A stretch of 64,000 nucleotides of DNA from an uncultured Candidatus Entotheonella sp. (GTDB taxonomy: Bacteria > Tectomicrobia > Entotheonellia > Entotheonellales > Entotheonellaceae). Made by a program: the position numbers and the translations under genes. How positions within the stretch are numbered: the first letter of the stretch is position 1; the number at the start of each line of letters is the position of its first letter. Where the stretch lies: positions 1,600,001 through 1,664,000 of the forward strand of contig CBDCDA010000001.1 of NCBI GenBank assembly GCA_965215335.1. Reading direction: 5' to 3'. The notes under the pieces are model-generated. The model saw only the letters and a program-made list of their open reading frames with translations. It made no database searches and was not told the origin of the DNA. Positions 1-10,059 of this stretch are shown here, one piece after another.

Positions 1-45
1 TATGCCCGCTGGGACGAGTTGGAACGCCAGCAGCAGAATGCGTAG
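1..45 (+). CDS. 3' end of a gene running in from the left edge; C-terminus resembles the ABC-F ATPase Uup
   Basis: Frame 1 reads YARWDELERQQQNA-stop; (Y/E)xRWxELE is the typical end of the Uup C-terminal coiled coil. Only 14 codons visible. Confidence 0.45.
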   Translation, partial: YARWDELERQQQNA

Positions 46-108
46 GTCGGATTCGCCGCGTCATTCGATGCGCCAAAGACGGAACGACACCGGCTGTCGG
101 CCCAGCCC

Positions 109-1050
109 CTATCCCGTGCGCTGGATCAGCCGCAGCAGCGGTTGCAGGGTGTCGACGCCGAGATTGCGGCGCGCCTTCTCGGCAGCGGCTTCCAGGCACG
201 GCAGGCTGTCCAGCAGCAGACGTCGCCCTTCTTCCTGCCCCAACGCCTCGACAATTCCCGGCAGCAACGCCCGCCCCATCACTTCCTCACGCAGCCCGTA
301 CGCGGCGGCGAGGCGTTGCACCACGTAAGGAAAGCCGGCGTCCGCCTGCAAGCTGTGCAGGTCGATGACCGTGGCGCTTCCGGCCCCGTCCCCGATCGCA
401 TCGGCGTCGCGCACCAACACGTTCCACGGACCGGGATCGGAAGTGAACAGCCGCCGGCCCAAGGCGTCCCACAGCCGCACGTAGGTCGTCACCGCCAGCC
501 GCTCGGCGTCGGCCCGACGCCGAGCGTGGGCAACAGCGTCCAGCTGGCCGGCCAGCAGCCGCTGTTCGTACTGAAGCAACAGCCGTTCCACCGACACGCC
601 GGGGATGAACGCCTCGATGAGCAGATGGCGCGGCACGCCGGCGTCATCGTGCCAATGCCACACGCCGCCGCAGCGCGGGAATACCCCGGCGGCATGGCGA
701 TTCACGGTTTCGGCAAGGTGGGCAAGCGTATCGAGGAGATCGGCGGTGGCGTCATCCTGTGCTTGTGCGTCGGCGTTCGCCGTATACACGAGGCGCCGCT
801 GGTGGGGAGTTTTGCAGACCAGGGGAAAGGCATGCCGGCCGCACTGCACGGTCAGCTTGTAGACGGACATGGCGCCGCCTGCGGCCAAGGGGGTGGCCAC
901 ACCGCGCAATGAAAAAGGGTGCACCCTGGAAGCTGGGTACACCCTGTGCAAGGCTTGACGCACGCAACCGAACAGGCGGTCGGCCGTCTCGATGGCCTCG
1001 ACGTGCTGTGGCACACATCCCGGCGCCCATTGCAGGGCGAAACCGGACAT
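109..1050 (-). CDS. hypothetical protein with protein-kinase-like (APH/RIO-like) motifs
   Basis: Open frame with coding-like codon use; LVCK, LIEAFIPG, SDPGPWNVLV and VIDL resemble the kinase VAIK, hinge, catalytic loop and DFG elements. Start chosen at ATG 1050 (uncertain). Confidence 0.55.
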   Translation of the reverse strand: MSGFALQWAPGCVPQHVEAIETADRLFGCVRQALHRVYPASRVHPFSLRGVATPLAAGGAMSVYKLTVQCGRHAFPLVCKTPHQRRLVYTANADAQAQDDATADLLDTLAHLAETVNRHAAGVFPRCGGVWHWHDDAGVPRHLLIEAFIPGVSVERLLLQYEQRLLAGQLDAVAHARRRADAERLAVTTYVRLWDALGRRLFTSDPGPWNVLVRDADAIGDGAGSATVIDLHSLQADAGFPYVVQRLAAAYGLREEVMGRALLPGIVEALGQEEGRRLLLDSLPCLEAAAEKARRNLGVDTLQPLLRLIQRTG

Positions 1051-1200
1051 TACGAACATACCGGCATCATGATGACCCAACCGCAGGATGGGGGCAGACC
1101 AGGGAGGGCAGGCCAACACGAACACGCCCTCGGCACGGCCATGCGGCGGCGTCCCGAAGCGACTCCTGGGCGTGGGCGGGCGGACCTGCGGCACGTCACG

Positions 1201-1413
1201 TCACGACGTCTGGCTTTCAACCTTCTTGGGCTCCTCGCCGCCGCCGTCCTCGATTGCGTCCGTCACGTCGTCCGTCACCTTTTCGCTGGCCGTCTTGAAT
1301 TCCCGAATGCCTTTGCCCAAGCCCTTGGCGATCTCCGGGATCTTCTTGCCGCCGAAAAACAGCATGGCAATAGCGAGGATGATAACCAGTTCCTGCACGC
1401 CTAGACCGAACAT
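1201..1413 (-). CDS. tatA: Twin-arginine translocase TatA/TatE subunit
   Basis: MFGLGVQELVIILAIAMLFFGGKKIPEIAKGLGKGIREFK signature; GAGGAGG RBS upstream of ATG 1413. Confidence 0.95.
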   Translation of the reverse strand: MFGLGVQELVIILAIAMLFFGGKKIPEIAKGLGKGIREFKTASEKVTDDVTDAIEDGGGEEPKKVESQTS

Positions 1414-1732
1414 CACGACCTCCTCACAGCTGCTGAGAGCTATCTGGAACAACGGATGGCTCTCAGTATACGACGCACGGCCGCTGGTCGCCAATGCAAT
1501 TCTTCATCGGCAGCCATTCTCACGATGTCGAGACCACCCCTCGCAACGGCTGCGTCACCGGTGCCATCGGCAGCCAACGCAGCGCGGCCCCTTTCGCTAC
1601 TGGCAGCCGGAGCCACGGGAAAATCAACCTTGACACCCTGTTCGCCTTGTGTTTGTGTAAGTTGCGGGTCGGATAAGGAAACAATACCGTACTTGCTGTC
1701 AAACACCGTTCCATTTCCATGAGGAATCGTCC

Positions 1733-3988
1733 ATGTACGCATTACAGCGCGGTCGTTGCCGCCAGATGCTGCCAAACCTGTGGCTTGGAGGTCTTCGCGC
1801 GCTGACCGCCGCGGTCCTCTGCGCATACGCCCTTGGAGCCGTCGGAAGCCCGGCGCCCGCGCGGGCGCTGGATCTCAGCGATGGCGAGTTGCGCCTCAGC
1901 CTCGACACCACCCTGTCGCACGGCCTCACCTTCCGTATCCAGGAGCAGGATGATCTTCTAATCAGTGATAGCAATGGTAACGACGGCGACCTCAACTACG
2001 ACCGCGGCCTCGTCAGCAACACCTCCAAATTCACCACCGACTTCGACCTCGGCTACCGAAACTTCGGCGCCTTCCTGCGTCTCAATGGGTTTCTCGACTT
2101 CGAGAACGAGCACGGCGAGCGGGAACGCACTCCCCTGAGTGACGAGGCGAAGAAGTTGGTGGGGCAGGGCGTCGTCTTGCTCGACGCTTACCTCACCGGC
2201 GCGTTCGATGTTGGAAACGTGGCGATCGACCTGCGCCTTGGCAGTCACGTCCTGAACTGGGGCGAGAGCACCTTCATCCAGAACGGCATCAACGCCATCA
2301 ACCCCTTCGACGTGAGCAAGCTCCGGCTGCCGGGATCGGAGTTGCGCGAAGGGCTGGTGCCGGTGCCGATGATCTCGGCCGCGGTGGCGCTGAGTGACAC
2401 GCTGTCGATGGAGGGCTTCTATCAACTCGACTGGCAGGAAACCAAGATCGACCCGGTCGGCAGCTACTTCTCGGTCACCGACTACGTCGGCCCGGGAGCG
2501 GAGAAGGCGGTGGTCGTCCTGCCCGGCGTAAACATTACCGATAACGGCCTCGGTCCGGGCAGCATGGTCGGCATCGAGCCCTTCATACCGGCCATCAACA
2601 TGGATCTCGAAGGCTCTCGCGCCGCGACCCAAGCCATGCTTGAACAGCAAATGATGCTGCCCTCCGGCAGCTTGGCGGGTCAGGTACCGACTCCGCACGA
2701 TCAGCCCGCCGCCGACCCAAATTTCCTGACCGTGACGCGGGACCCCGACCTCGACCCCGACGACTCGGGTCAGTGGGGAGCCGCGCTTCGCTATTTCGCC
2801 GAAGGGTTGAACGCCACCGAGTTCGGCTTCTACTTCATCAACTACCACAGCCGTCTGCCGCTTCTCAGCGCACGTCTTGGCAGTCGTGAGGGGATTCGAG
2901 CCGGTCTGGCGGCAGCCGGGGCTGTGGGAACGCCCGGTTCGGCCACCATTGGGGCGCTGACGCAGGCAGTTACCCCAGTGGTTGTCGAGGCGGTGACCCA
3001 GGCCGTGACCCCAGTGGTGACGCAGAGGGTCACCGAGGGCGTCCAGGAGGGATTGATCGACCCCCCCGCCGCCCCGGCGCTGATTGAGGCGCAGGTGCGC
3101 GAGGCGGTGGCGGCACAGGTGCCCGGGCGAGTAGCCGAACAGGTGACCGAGGAGATTGAGGGAATCGCCGGCCTCCTTGCGATCGACCGCTATGCGAGGA
3201 CCGCGAAATACTTCATCGAATATCCCGAGAATCTGCAACTCTTCGGGCTGAGCTTCAACACCGAGGTCGGAGCCTCGGGCTGGGCCCTGCAAGGCGAGTA
3301 TTCCTTCCGCCCCGATGCGCCGCTGCAAAGAGCTGAACGCGCGCTGTTCGCAGACGGCATCGCGCCAATCCTGCGGGCTTTATCCCTCGCCGCTGCTGAT
3401 CCGGCCGCCGTTCGCGGCTACCTCGAAGCCTACCAGCTGACGAAAATCCAGGGCTACATCGAGCGTGACGTGAGCCAGCTCCAGGCCACCGCCACCAAGG
3501 TGTTCGGCCCCGTCTTGGGATCGGACAGCGGGGTGCTCGTGACGGAAGCGGCGGTAATGCATGTCCACGACATGCCGGCGGGCAAGGGTGTCGCTACCAC
3601 GAATCCCGACGGGACCCCGAATCCGGCCTTTGCCAGTGCCATCCCTGTCGAAAGCCCCGCCGGTGAGCCCGACGATGACCCTATGACCTACAGTAGCGAT
3701 GCCGACGCCACCTCGTGGGGCTACCGGCTGGCGGCGCGCCTGGACTACAACAACGCCATCGGCGCGGTGAACCTGTTCCCGTACCTCCAGTTCCAGCACG
3801 ACGTCGGCGGCAACAGCCCTTCACCCAGCGGCTCGTTCGTGGAAGGCCGCACCGCGGTGACCCTCGGACTGGGCGCCGGCTATCTCAGCCGCTGGGAGGC
3901 CAACCTCAATTTCACCATGTACGGCGGCAAGGAGAACGAACTGCACGACCGCGACTTCATTTCCACTACCATCAAATACTCATTCTGA
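1733..3988 (+). CDS. DUF1302 family outer-membrane protein (AupA-like)
   Basis: Signal-like N-terminus; NGNDGDLNYD, LDAY, WGESTF, NPFDV and NYHSRLP motifs; C-terminal DRDFISTTIKYSF beta-barrel end; first gene of the DUF1302-DUF1329-BNR-RND cluster. Confidence 0.9.
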   Translation: MYALQRGRCRQMLPNLWLGGLRALTAAVLCAYALGAVGSPAPARALDLSDGELRLSLDTTLSHGLTFRIQEQDDLLISDSNGNDGDLNYDRGLVSNTSKFTTDFDLGYRNFGAFLRLNGFLDFENEHGERERTPLSDEAKKLVGQGVVLLDAYLTGAFDVGNVAIDLRLGSHVLNWGESTFIQNGINAINPFDVSKLRLPGSELREGLVPVPMISAAVALSDTLSMEGFYQLDWQETKIDPVGSYFSVTDYVGPGAEKAVVVLPGVNITDNGLGPGSMVGIEPFIPAINMDLEGSRAATQAMLEQQMMLPSGSLAGQVPTPHDQPAADPNFLTVTRDPDLDPDDSGQWGAALRYFAEGLNATEFGFYFINYHSRLPLLSARLGSREGIRAGLAAAGAVGTPGSATIGALTQAVTPVVVEAVTQAVTPVVTQRVTEGVQEGLIDPPAAPALIEAQVREAVAAQVPGRVAEQVTEEIEGIAGLLAIDRYARTAKYFIEYPENLQLFGLSFNTEVGASGWALQGEYSFRPDAPLQRAERALFADGIAPILRALSLAAADPAAVRGYLEAYQLTKIQGYIERDVSQLQATATKVFGPVLGSDSGVLVTEAAVMHVHDMPAGKGVATTNPDGTPNPAFASAIPVESPAGEPDDDPMTYSSDADATSWGYRLAARLDYNNAIGAVNLFPYLQFQHDVGGNSPSPSGSFVEGRTAVTLGLGAGYLSRWEANLNFTMYGGKENELHDRDFISTTIKYSF

Positions 3989-4000
3989 GGGCTATCAGTC

Positions 4001-5362
4001 ATGGACAAATCGACCCTTCGACTCTGGGTCGCGCTCGCGCTCGTGAGTGCTCTCGTCTGCCCCGCCGTCGCCGAGATCACGGCCGAACAAATCGCCCGGC
4101 TCGGCGACGACCTCACGCCCCTCGGTGGCGAGCGGGCGGGCAACGCCGATGGCACCATCCCGGAATGGACCGGCGGCATCACCACGCCGCCGGCCGGCTA
4201 CGTTGTCGGCGAGCATCACCGTGACCCCTACGTCGCCGACCGGCCGCTCTTCGTCATCAACGCCACCAACCTTGAGGCCTACCGCGACAAGCTGTCGGTC
4301 GGACACCAGCGCATGCTGGAAACCTATGCCTCCTTCGAGATACCGGTCTATCCGACCCGGCGCAGTGCTTCGGCGCCGCAGCGCATCTACGACGCCACCC
4401 GGAATATCGCCGCCACTGCGAATCTGGTGGACGACGGCAACGGTGTCGGCGGCGCGGTGATCGGCATCCCCTTTCCGATCCCGGCCAATGGCCTGGAGGC
4501 CGTCTGGAACCACCTGCTGCGCTACCGGGGCGAGACGGTGGCATGCACCATCGGCCAGGCCGCGGTGACCCGCGGCGGTGCTTATACGATCGTCAAATAC
4601 GGCCTTGAAATCGAGATACGCTATTCGCTGCCGGGCATGACCGAGGAAGTGCTCGACAACACGATGATCCTGTTCAAGCAGAAGGTGCTGGCGCCGGCGC
4701 GTCTTGCCGGGGATCTCCTCCTGGTTCACGAGACCATGAACCAGGTCCGCGAACCACGCAACGCCTGGACCTACAACCCTGGCCAGCGCCGGGTACGACG
4801 GGCGCCGAACGTCGCCTATGACAACCCGGGCACCACCGCGGACGGGCTGCGCACCGCCGATCAGTTCGACATGTTCAACGGCGCCATCGACCGTTACGAC
4901 TGGCAACTCGTCGGCAAGCGCGAGATCTATGTGCCGTATAACGCCTACAAGCTGCATAGCGACCAGCTGGCCTTCGCCGACGTCCTGACCCCGCTGCACG
5001 TTAACCCGGCGCACCTGCGCTACGAGCTGCACCGGGTGTGGGTGGTCGAGGCCACCCTCAAGGAAGGCGCGCGGCACATCTACAAACGGCGTACCTTCTA
5101 TATCGACGAGGACTCGTGGCAAATCCTGCTCGCCGACATCTATGACAACCGCGACGAGCTGTGGCGGGTGTCGGAAGGGCACGTCATCAACTATTACGAA
5201 AAGCCGTTGCTTTGGCCGACACTCGAGGTGCATGTCGATCTTCAGGCGGGACGTTACCTTGCCCTCGGCCTTGATAACGAGTTCCCGATGTGCACGTATG
5301 ACGTCGAGGTGCAGGCACGGGACTTCACGCCTGCGGCCCTGCGCCGCGAAGGCCGGCGCTGA
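4001..5362 (+). CDS. DUF1329 domain-containing periplasmic protein (AupB-like)
   Basis: Signal peptide; LTPLGGERAGNADGTIPEWTGG, GIPFPIP, YNPGQRRVRRAP, RYELHRVWVVEATLK and FTPAALRR motifs. Confidence 0.93.
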   Translation: MDKSTLRLWVALALVSALVCPAVAEITAEQIARLGDDLTPLGGERAGNADGTIPEWTGGITTPPAGYVVGEHHRDPYVADRPLFVINATNLEAYRDKLSVGHQRMLETYASFEIPVYPTRRSASAPQRIYDATRNIAATANLVDDGNGVGGAVIGIPFPIPANGLEAVWNHLLRYRGETVACTIGQAAVTRGGAYTIVKYGLEIEIRYSLPGMTEEVLDNTMILFKQKVLAPARLAGDLLLVHETMNQVREPRNAWTYNPGQRRVRRAPNVAYDNPGTTADGLRTADQFDMFNGAIDRYDWQLVGKREIYVPYNAYKLHSDQLAFADVLTPLHVNPAHLRYELHRVWVVEATLKEGARHIYKRRTFYIDEDSWQILLADIYDNRDELWRVSEGHVINYYEKPLLWPTLEVHVDLQAGRYLALGLDNEFPMCTYDVEVQARDFTPAALRREGRR

Positions 5363-5363
5363 T

Positions 5364-6404
5364 TTGGCCAGCCAGCGAGGGCAAAGTGCTCTGACCACGT
5401 GTATCGGGCGCCCCGGTTTGTGGCTCGCCTTGACCGTCTGCGCGGCGCTGCTCACACCCGCCGCCGCCCATCAGGCGGCGGTCGAGTCTCGTCTTGCCGC
5501 GACCTCGCTGTTGCTCGACGGGGCAGCGGCCGGATCGCGCCTGATCGTGGTCGGCGAACGCGGTCACGTCCTGTTTTCCGATGACGAGGGCGTCACCTGG
5601 ACGCAGGCGCAGGTGCCGGTCCAGGTCATGCTGACCGCGGTACGCATGCACGACGCGCAAACCGGCTGGGCGGTTGGGCACGACGCAGTCATCCTGCGCA
5701 CGCGCGACGGGGGCGAGACGTGGCAACTCGTTCACGACGCGCCGCAAGCGCAACTGCCGCTGCTCGACGTCTGGTTCCGTGATGCGGACAGCGGCTTCGC
5801 GGTGGGTGCTTTCGGCACTTTCCTCGCCACTGCGGACGGCGGTGACACCTGGACCTGTCGGAACGGTTGCTGGGAAGAAAACGACGACGAAACGGTAACC
5901 GGGCCGCCGCTGCTCCATGCCGTTGAAAGCGATTTCGAGGACGATTTCCACCTCAACGCCATTACGCCGGCCGGACCCGGGCGGCTCTTTCTCGCCGGCG
6001 AGTCGGGCGTTCTGTATCGCTCCGACGATGACGGCGAGAGGTGGCGCGCCCTGCCCTCGCCCTACCGCGGCTCATGGTTCGGGGCGTTGGCCCTGGACGC
6101 GGATACGGTGCTCGTCGCGGGGCTGCGGGGCCGCCTGTTCCGTTCCGAGGACGCGGGTGAAAACTGGACGCAGATCGAAACCGGCACGACCGCGACGCTG
6201 ACCGACCTCGTGCAGGTGAAGCCCGACCTGATGCTGATCACCGGCCTCGCCGGTGCCCTCCTGACCAGCCGTGACAAGGGTCTCAGCGTCTCGTACCGGC
6301 CCCTGCCGTCGCGTCAGGGCCTGTCGACCGCCCTGGCAACAGCCGGCGGTAGCGTCGTGTTGGTTGGGGAGTCCGGTGTCGAGCCTCTTCCCGGGATCGA
6401 ATAG
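5364..6404 (+). CDS. YCF48-related / BNR-repeat beta-propeller protein
   Basis: Repeated SxDxGxTW Asp-boxes (SDDEGVTW, TRDGGETW, TADGGDTW, SDDDGERW, SEDAGENW); VGERGHV and AVGHDAVIL motifs. Start taken at the in-frame TTG just after the DUF1329 stop (uncertain). Confidence 0.9.
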   Translation: MASQRGQSALTTCIGRPGLWLALTVCAALLTPAAAHQAAVESRLAATSLLLDGAAAGSRLIVVGERGHVLFSDDEGVTWTQAQVPVQVMLTAVRMHDAQTGWAVGHDAVILRTRDGGETWQLVHDAPQAQLPLLDVWFRDADSGFAVGAFGTFLATADGGDTWTCRNGCWEENDDETVTGPPLLHAVESDFEDDFHLNAITPAGPGRLFLAGESGVLYRSDDDGERWRALPSPYRGSWFGALALDADTVLVAGLRGRLFRSEDAGENWTQIETGTTATLTDLVQVKPDLMLITGLAGALLTSRDKGLSVSYRPLPSRQGLSTALATAGGSVVLVGESGVEPLPGIE

Positions 6405-6443
6405 GCGGGCGTGCTGACGGAAGCAACGGCTGACAAGCTGACA

Positions 6444-6520
6444 AATTGAGGATTGGAGATCGTGAAGTGTGGATTTAGCCGACAATCCAAAATCAGGATC
6501 CCAAAATCAGCAATCCGCAA
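6444..6520. repeat. degenerate heptamer tandem repeats in inverted arrangement (ATTGAGG-like then AATCCRC-like)
   Basis: attgagg attggag atcgtga agtgtgg atttagc ... aatccaa aatcagg atcccaa aatcagc aatccgc. Confidence 0.55.
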
Positions 6521-8853
6521 GCGGGCATCCAGTCGCCGCCCTTATCGACCGCCTGGTGTTCGGCCGCCGCCTCGTGACCCTGGCTCTCTTCGTGGCGGTC
6601 ACGGTGGCGCTGGCATGGCTGGCTACCGGGTTGCGCGTGGACGCCGGCTTCACCAAGCTGCTGCCGGTTGAACACGACTACATGCAGACCTTCCTCGAAT
6701 ATCGTGACGACTTCGGCGGCGCCGACCGCGTGGCCGTGGCGCTGATGGCGCGCGATGGCAACATGTTCACGCCCGAGTTCTTCGCCTTGCTGCGCCGGGT
6801 GACGGATGCCGTTTTCTTCCTGCCCGGCGTCGACCGCACCCAGGTCTACTCCATTCTCACCCCCAACGTGCGCTTCATCGAGGTAATCGAGGACGGCCTC
6901 ATGAGCGGCGATGTCCTGCCGTCCGATTTCAAGCCGACCGAAGAAAGCCTCGCGCAGGTTCGCGAGAACATCATCAAGGCCGGCGTCGTCGGCCGTCTGG
7001 TCGCCAACGACTTCTCCGGCGCTCTGGTCAGCGCCAAGCTGCAGGAATTCGACCCCAACACCGGGGAGAAGCTCGACTACCTCAACGTCGCGGCGGAACT
7101 CGAACGCATTCGCGCCGAAACCAGCGCGCCCGACGGCGGCGACGCCATCGCGAACCTGCACATCATCGGCTTCGCCAAGGTGGTGGGAGACATCGCGTCG
7201 GGCGCGGTGCGCGTCGTGCTGTTCTTCGTCGTCACCTTCGCAGTCACGGCCCTGTTCGTCTACGTCTACACGAGCTCCCGGCGTTTCACCGCCATGCTGC
7301 TCGTCTGTGCCTTGACCGCGATGGTGTGGCAGCTCGGCGCCCTCGTTGGCCTCGGCTTCGGTATTGATCCGATATCGATCCTCGTGCCCTTCCTGGTGTT
7401 TGCGATCGGGGTCAGTCACGGCGTACAGATGGTCAGCGCGGTACGCGCCGAAGCGATTGGCGGTGCGGCGCCGCTCACGGCCGCGCGCAACAGCCTGCGC
7501 CGCCTGCTGCTGCCCGGCGCCGTGGCGCTCGCCTCCGATACCGTGGGCTTTGTGACCATATCGCTCATCGCGGTGCCGGTGATTCAGGAAATTGCGATTG
7601 CCGCCAGCCTCGGCGTCGCCGCCATCATCCTTACCAATCTGGGTCTCCTGCCGGTCCTGCTCTCCTACGTCCGGATCGACGCCCCACAGCGGGACGCGGC
7701 TCTCGAACGCGACCGCCGCCTGGCGCCGCTGTGGGCCCGCTTTGCGGGCGTGGCGCGACGCGGCCCTGCCCTCGTCACCATTGGCCTGGCCGCCATCCTG
7801 ATGGTCGTCGGCGCCTCCTATGCGCCGATGGTGCGCATCGGCGACCAGCATCACGGCGTGCCGGAACTGCGTCCGACCGCCACGTACAATCTCGACGCCG
7901 CGGCCATTAGCGAGCGCTTCGAGATCGGCGTCGACGTCTTCACGGTCATCGCGGAAACCAAGTCGGAAGGCTGCATCGACTATGCGGTGATGAACACCCT
8001 CGACCGCTTCGAGTGGCACATGCGCAACGTAGAGGGCGTGCAATCCGTGGCTACGCTGAGCGGCGCCGTTCGCAAGGTCGCCTCCGGCCTGAAGGAAGGC
8101 AGCCTCAAATGGCGGACCGTGCCGCGCGACCCGTACGTGCTGGCGCAGGTCGGAGCCTATGTGCCGACTAGCAGCGGCCTGCTCGATGCCGATTGCAGCG
8201 CCATGCCGGTGATGGTTTACACCACGGATCACAAGGCCGTAACCATCGAGCGCATCGTCGATGCCGTCAAGGCGTTCAACGCCGCCAACCCGGACGAGGA
8301 GATCGTCTTCCGTCTCGCTTCCGGCAACGTCGGCGTCATGGCTGCGGTCAACGAGGAAGTGTCAGCCTCGCAATTCCCGATTCTCGGCTACGTCTACGCG
8401 GCGGTCATCATCCTGTGCCTGATCTTCTTCCGCTCGCTGGCGGCAACGGTGTGCATCGTCGTGCCGCTGGCCGCCGTGTCGCTGCTCGCCTATGCGCTGA
8501 TGGCAGCGCTGGAGATCGGGCTGAAGGTCTCCACACTGCCGGTGGTGGCGCTCGGCATCGGCATCGGCGTCGATTACGGCATCTACATCTACGGGCAACT
8601 GCGTCTTCACCTGGCGGAGGGTCTCGACTTGGCGACCGCCTACGTACGGACCCTTGCCACGGCGGGGGCCGCGGTGGTGCTGACCGGCCTCACCCTGGCG
8701 GCCGGCGTGGCGACCTGGATCGTGGCACCGCTCAAGCTGCAGGCCGACATGGGCACGGTGCTGACGTTCATGTTCCTCGTCAACATGATCGGCGCCATCG
8801 TGCTGCTGCCGTCGCTCGGCGCGTGGCTGATCAAGTCGAAAAAGACGACCTGA
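6469..8853 (+). CDS. RND superfamily / MMPL family transporter
   Basis: About 12 TM segments in two repeats; LVPFLVFAIGVSHGVQ and GIGIGVDYGIY motifs; standard partner of DUF1302/DUF1329/BNR. Confidence 0.93.
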   Translation: MDLADNPKSGSQNQQSASGHPVAALIDRLVFGRRLVTLALFVAVTVALAWLATGLRVDAGFTKLLPVEHDYMQTFLEYRDDFGGADRVAVALMARDGNMFTPEFFALLRRVTDAVFFLPGVDRTQVYSILTPNVRFIEVIEDGLMSGDVLPSDFKPTEESLAQVRENIIKAGVVGRLVANDFSGALVSAKLQEFDPNTGEKLDYLNVAAELERIRAETSAPDGGDAIANLHIIGFAKVVGDIASGAVRVVLFFVVTFAVTALFVYVYTSSRRFTAMLLVCALTAMVWQLGALVGLGFGIDPISILVPFLVFAIGVSHGVQMVSAVRAEAIGGAAPLTAARNSLRRLLLPGAVALASDTVGFVTISLIAVPVIQEIAIAASLGVAAIILTNLGLLPVLLSYVRIDAPQRDAALERDRRLAPLWARFAGVARRGPALVTIGLAAILMVVGASYAPMVRIGDQHHGVPELRPTATYNLDAAAISERFEIGVDVFTVIAETKSEGCIDYAVMNTLDRFEWHMRNVEGVQSVATLSGAVRKVASGLKEGSLKWRTVPRDPYVLAQVGAYVPTSSGLLDADCSAMPVMVYTTDHKAVTIERIVDAVKAFNAANPDEEIVFRLASGNVGVMAAVNEEVSASQFPILGYVYAAVIILCLIFFRSLAATVCIVVPLAAVSLLAYALMAALEIGLKVSTLPVVALGIGIGVDYGIYIYGQLRLHLAEGLDLATAYVRTLATAGAAVVLTGLTLAAGVATWIVAPLKLQADMGTVLTFMFLVNMIGAIVLLPSLGAWLIKSKKTT

Positions 8854-8863
8854 AAGGGGGGCG

Positions 8864-10045
8864 ATGGCCGTCATGCAGACGTACAATCCGTTTGTACCCG
8901 AGGTGAAGGAAAACCCGTATCCCGCCTACGACTGGCTGCGGCGTGAGCATCCGGTGTACCACAACGAAGGACTGGATTTCTGGGTGTTGAGTCGCTACGC
9001 GGACGTCGAGTGGGCGGCGCGTCGGCCCGAGATATTTTCCTCGGCTCAGGGCGTCGGGCCAGACCGTCAGGTCGGGGTGTCCATGATTACCAAGGACCCG
9101 CCGGCGCACACCCGGTTGCGCAAGCTCGTCAGCAAGGCGTTTACGCCCCGCATGGTGTCGCGGTTGGAGCCGCGCATTCGGGCGGTCACGGACGACCTGC
9201 TCGATGCGGTAATCGAGAAAGGGGCGTTCGACCTCGTTCAGGACCTGGCCTACCCGCTGCCGGTGATCGTCATTGCCGAAATGCTGGGCGTTGACTCAGA
9301 GCGCCGGGACGACTTCAAGCACTGGTCCGACGACGTGATCCACATTGTGGCCGCCGGGCAGAACGAAGCGCGGATGGCGCAGTACATGGAGAGCTGGGAG
9401 GCGTTCAAGGCCTACTTCGTGGAGATGATCGAGGCGCGCCGCCGCGCGCCGCGCGACGATCTGGTGTCGGCGCTGGTGCAGGCCCAGGAAGAACGCGACG
9501 CGCTTACCCTGAGCGAGTTGCTCAACGCCTGCCTGCTGCTGCTCGTGGCGGGTAATGAAACCACCACCAACCTGATCGGCAATGGCGCCCTGGCGCTCTT
9601 CACGCACGTCGAAGAGGGCTTGAAAGTACGCCAGCAGCCCGAATCCATCCCCGGCATGATCGAAGAGGTGCTGCGCTACGATTCACCCATCCAGGGCACC
9701 TTCCGCACCACCACGGAAGCGGTCGCCGTCCGGGGCGTGACGATCCCGGCCGACAGCAAGGTCCTGCTGCTCTGGGGCTCCGCCAATCGCGACCCGGAGG
9801 TGTTCCCCGACCCGGACCGCTTCGACATCGAGCGCCCCATCGACCGGCATCTGGCGTTTGGCATCGGCATTCACTTCTGCCTCGGTGCCCCGCTGGCGCG
9901 CCTCGAAGCACGCGTCGCCACGGAGTCGATCCTGCGCCGCATGCACCGCGTCGAGCCCGACCCGAGCGGGACGATCGAGCGCGTTGACAACCCGCTCTTC
10001 CGCGGCCTCAAGCACTACCCGCTGCTGTTCGAGCCGATGCGGTGA
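8864..10045 (+). CDS. cytochrome P450
   Basis: DPPAHTRLRK, AGNETT (I-helix), EEVLRY (ExxR) and heme motif FGIGIHFCLGAPLAR. Confidence 0.97.
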   Translation: MAVMQTYNPFVPEVKENPYPAYDWLRREHPVYHNEGLDFWVLSRYADVEWAARRPEIFSSAQGVGPDRQVGVSMITKDPPAHTRLRKLVSKAFTPRMVSRLEPRIRAVTDDLLDAVIEKGAFDLVQDLAYPLPVIVIAEMLGVDSERRDDFKHWSDDVIHIVAAGQNEARMAQYMESWEAFKAYFVEMIEARRRAPRDDLVSALVQAQEERDALTLSELLNACLLLLVAGNETTTNLIGNGALALFTHVEEGLKVRQQPESIPGMIEEVLRYDSPIQGTFRTTTEAVAVRGVTIPADSKVLLLWGSANRDPEVFPDPDRFDIERPIDRHLAFGIGIHFCLGAPLARLEARVATESILRRMHRVEPDPSGTIERVDNPLFRGLKHYPLLFEPMR

Positions 10046-10059
10046 AATCGCCCGCTGTC

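Noticed and set aside
1630..1663. sigma70 promoter for the DUF1302 operon
   Set aside because: TTGACA is present but there is no acceptable -10 at 16-18 bp spacing.
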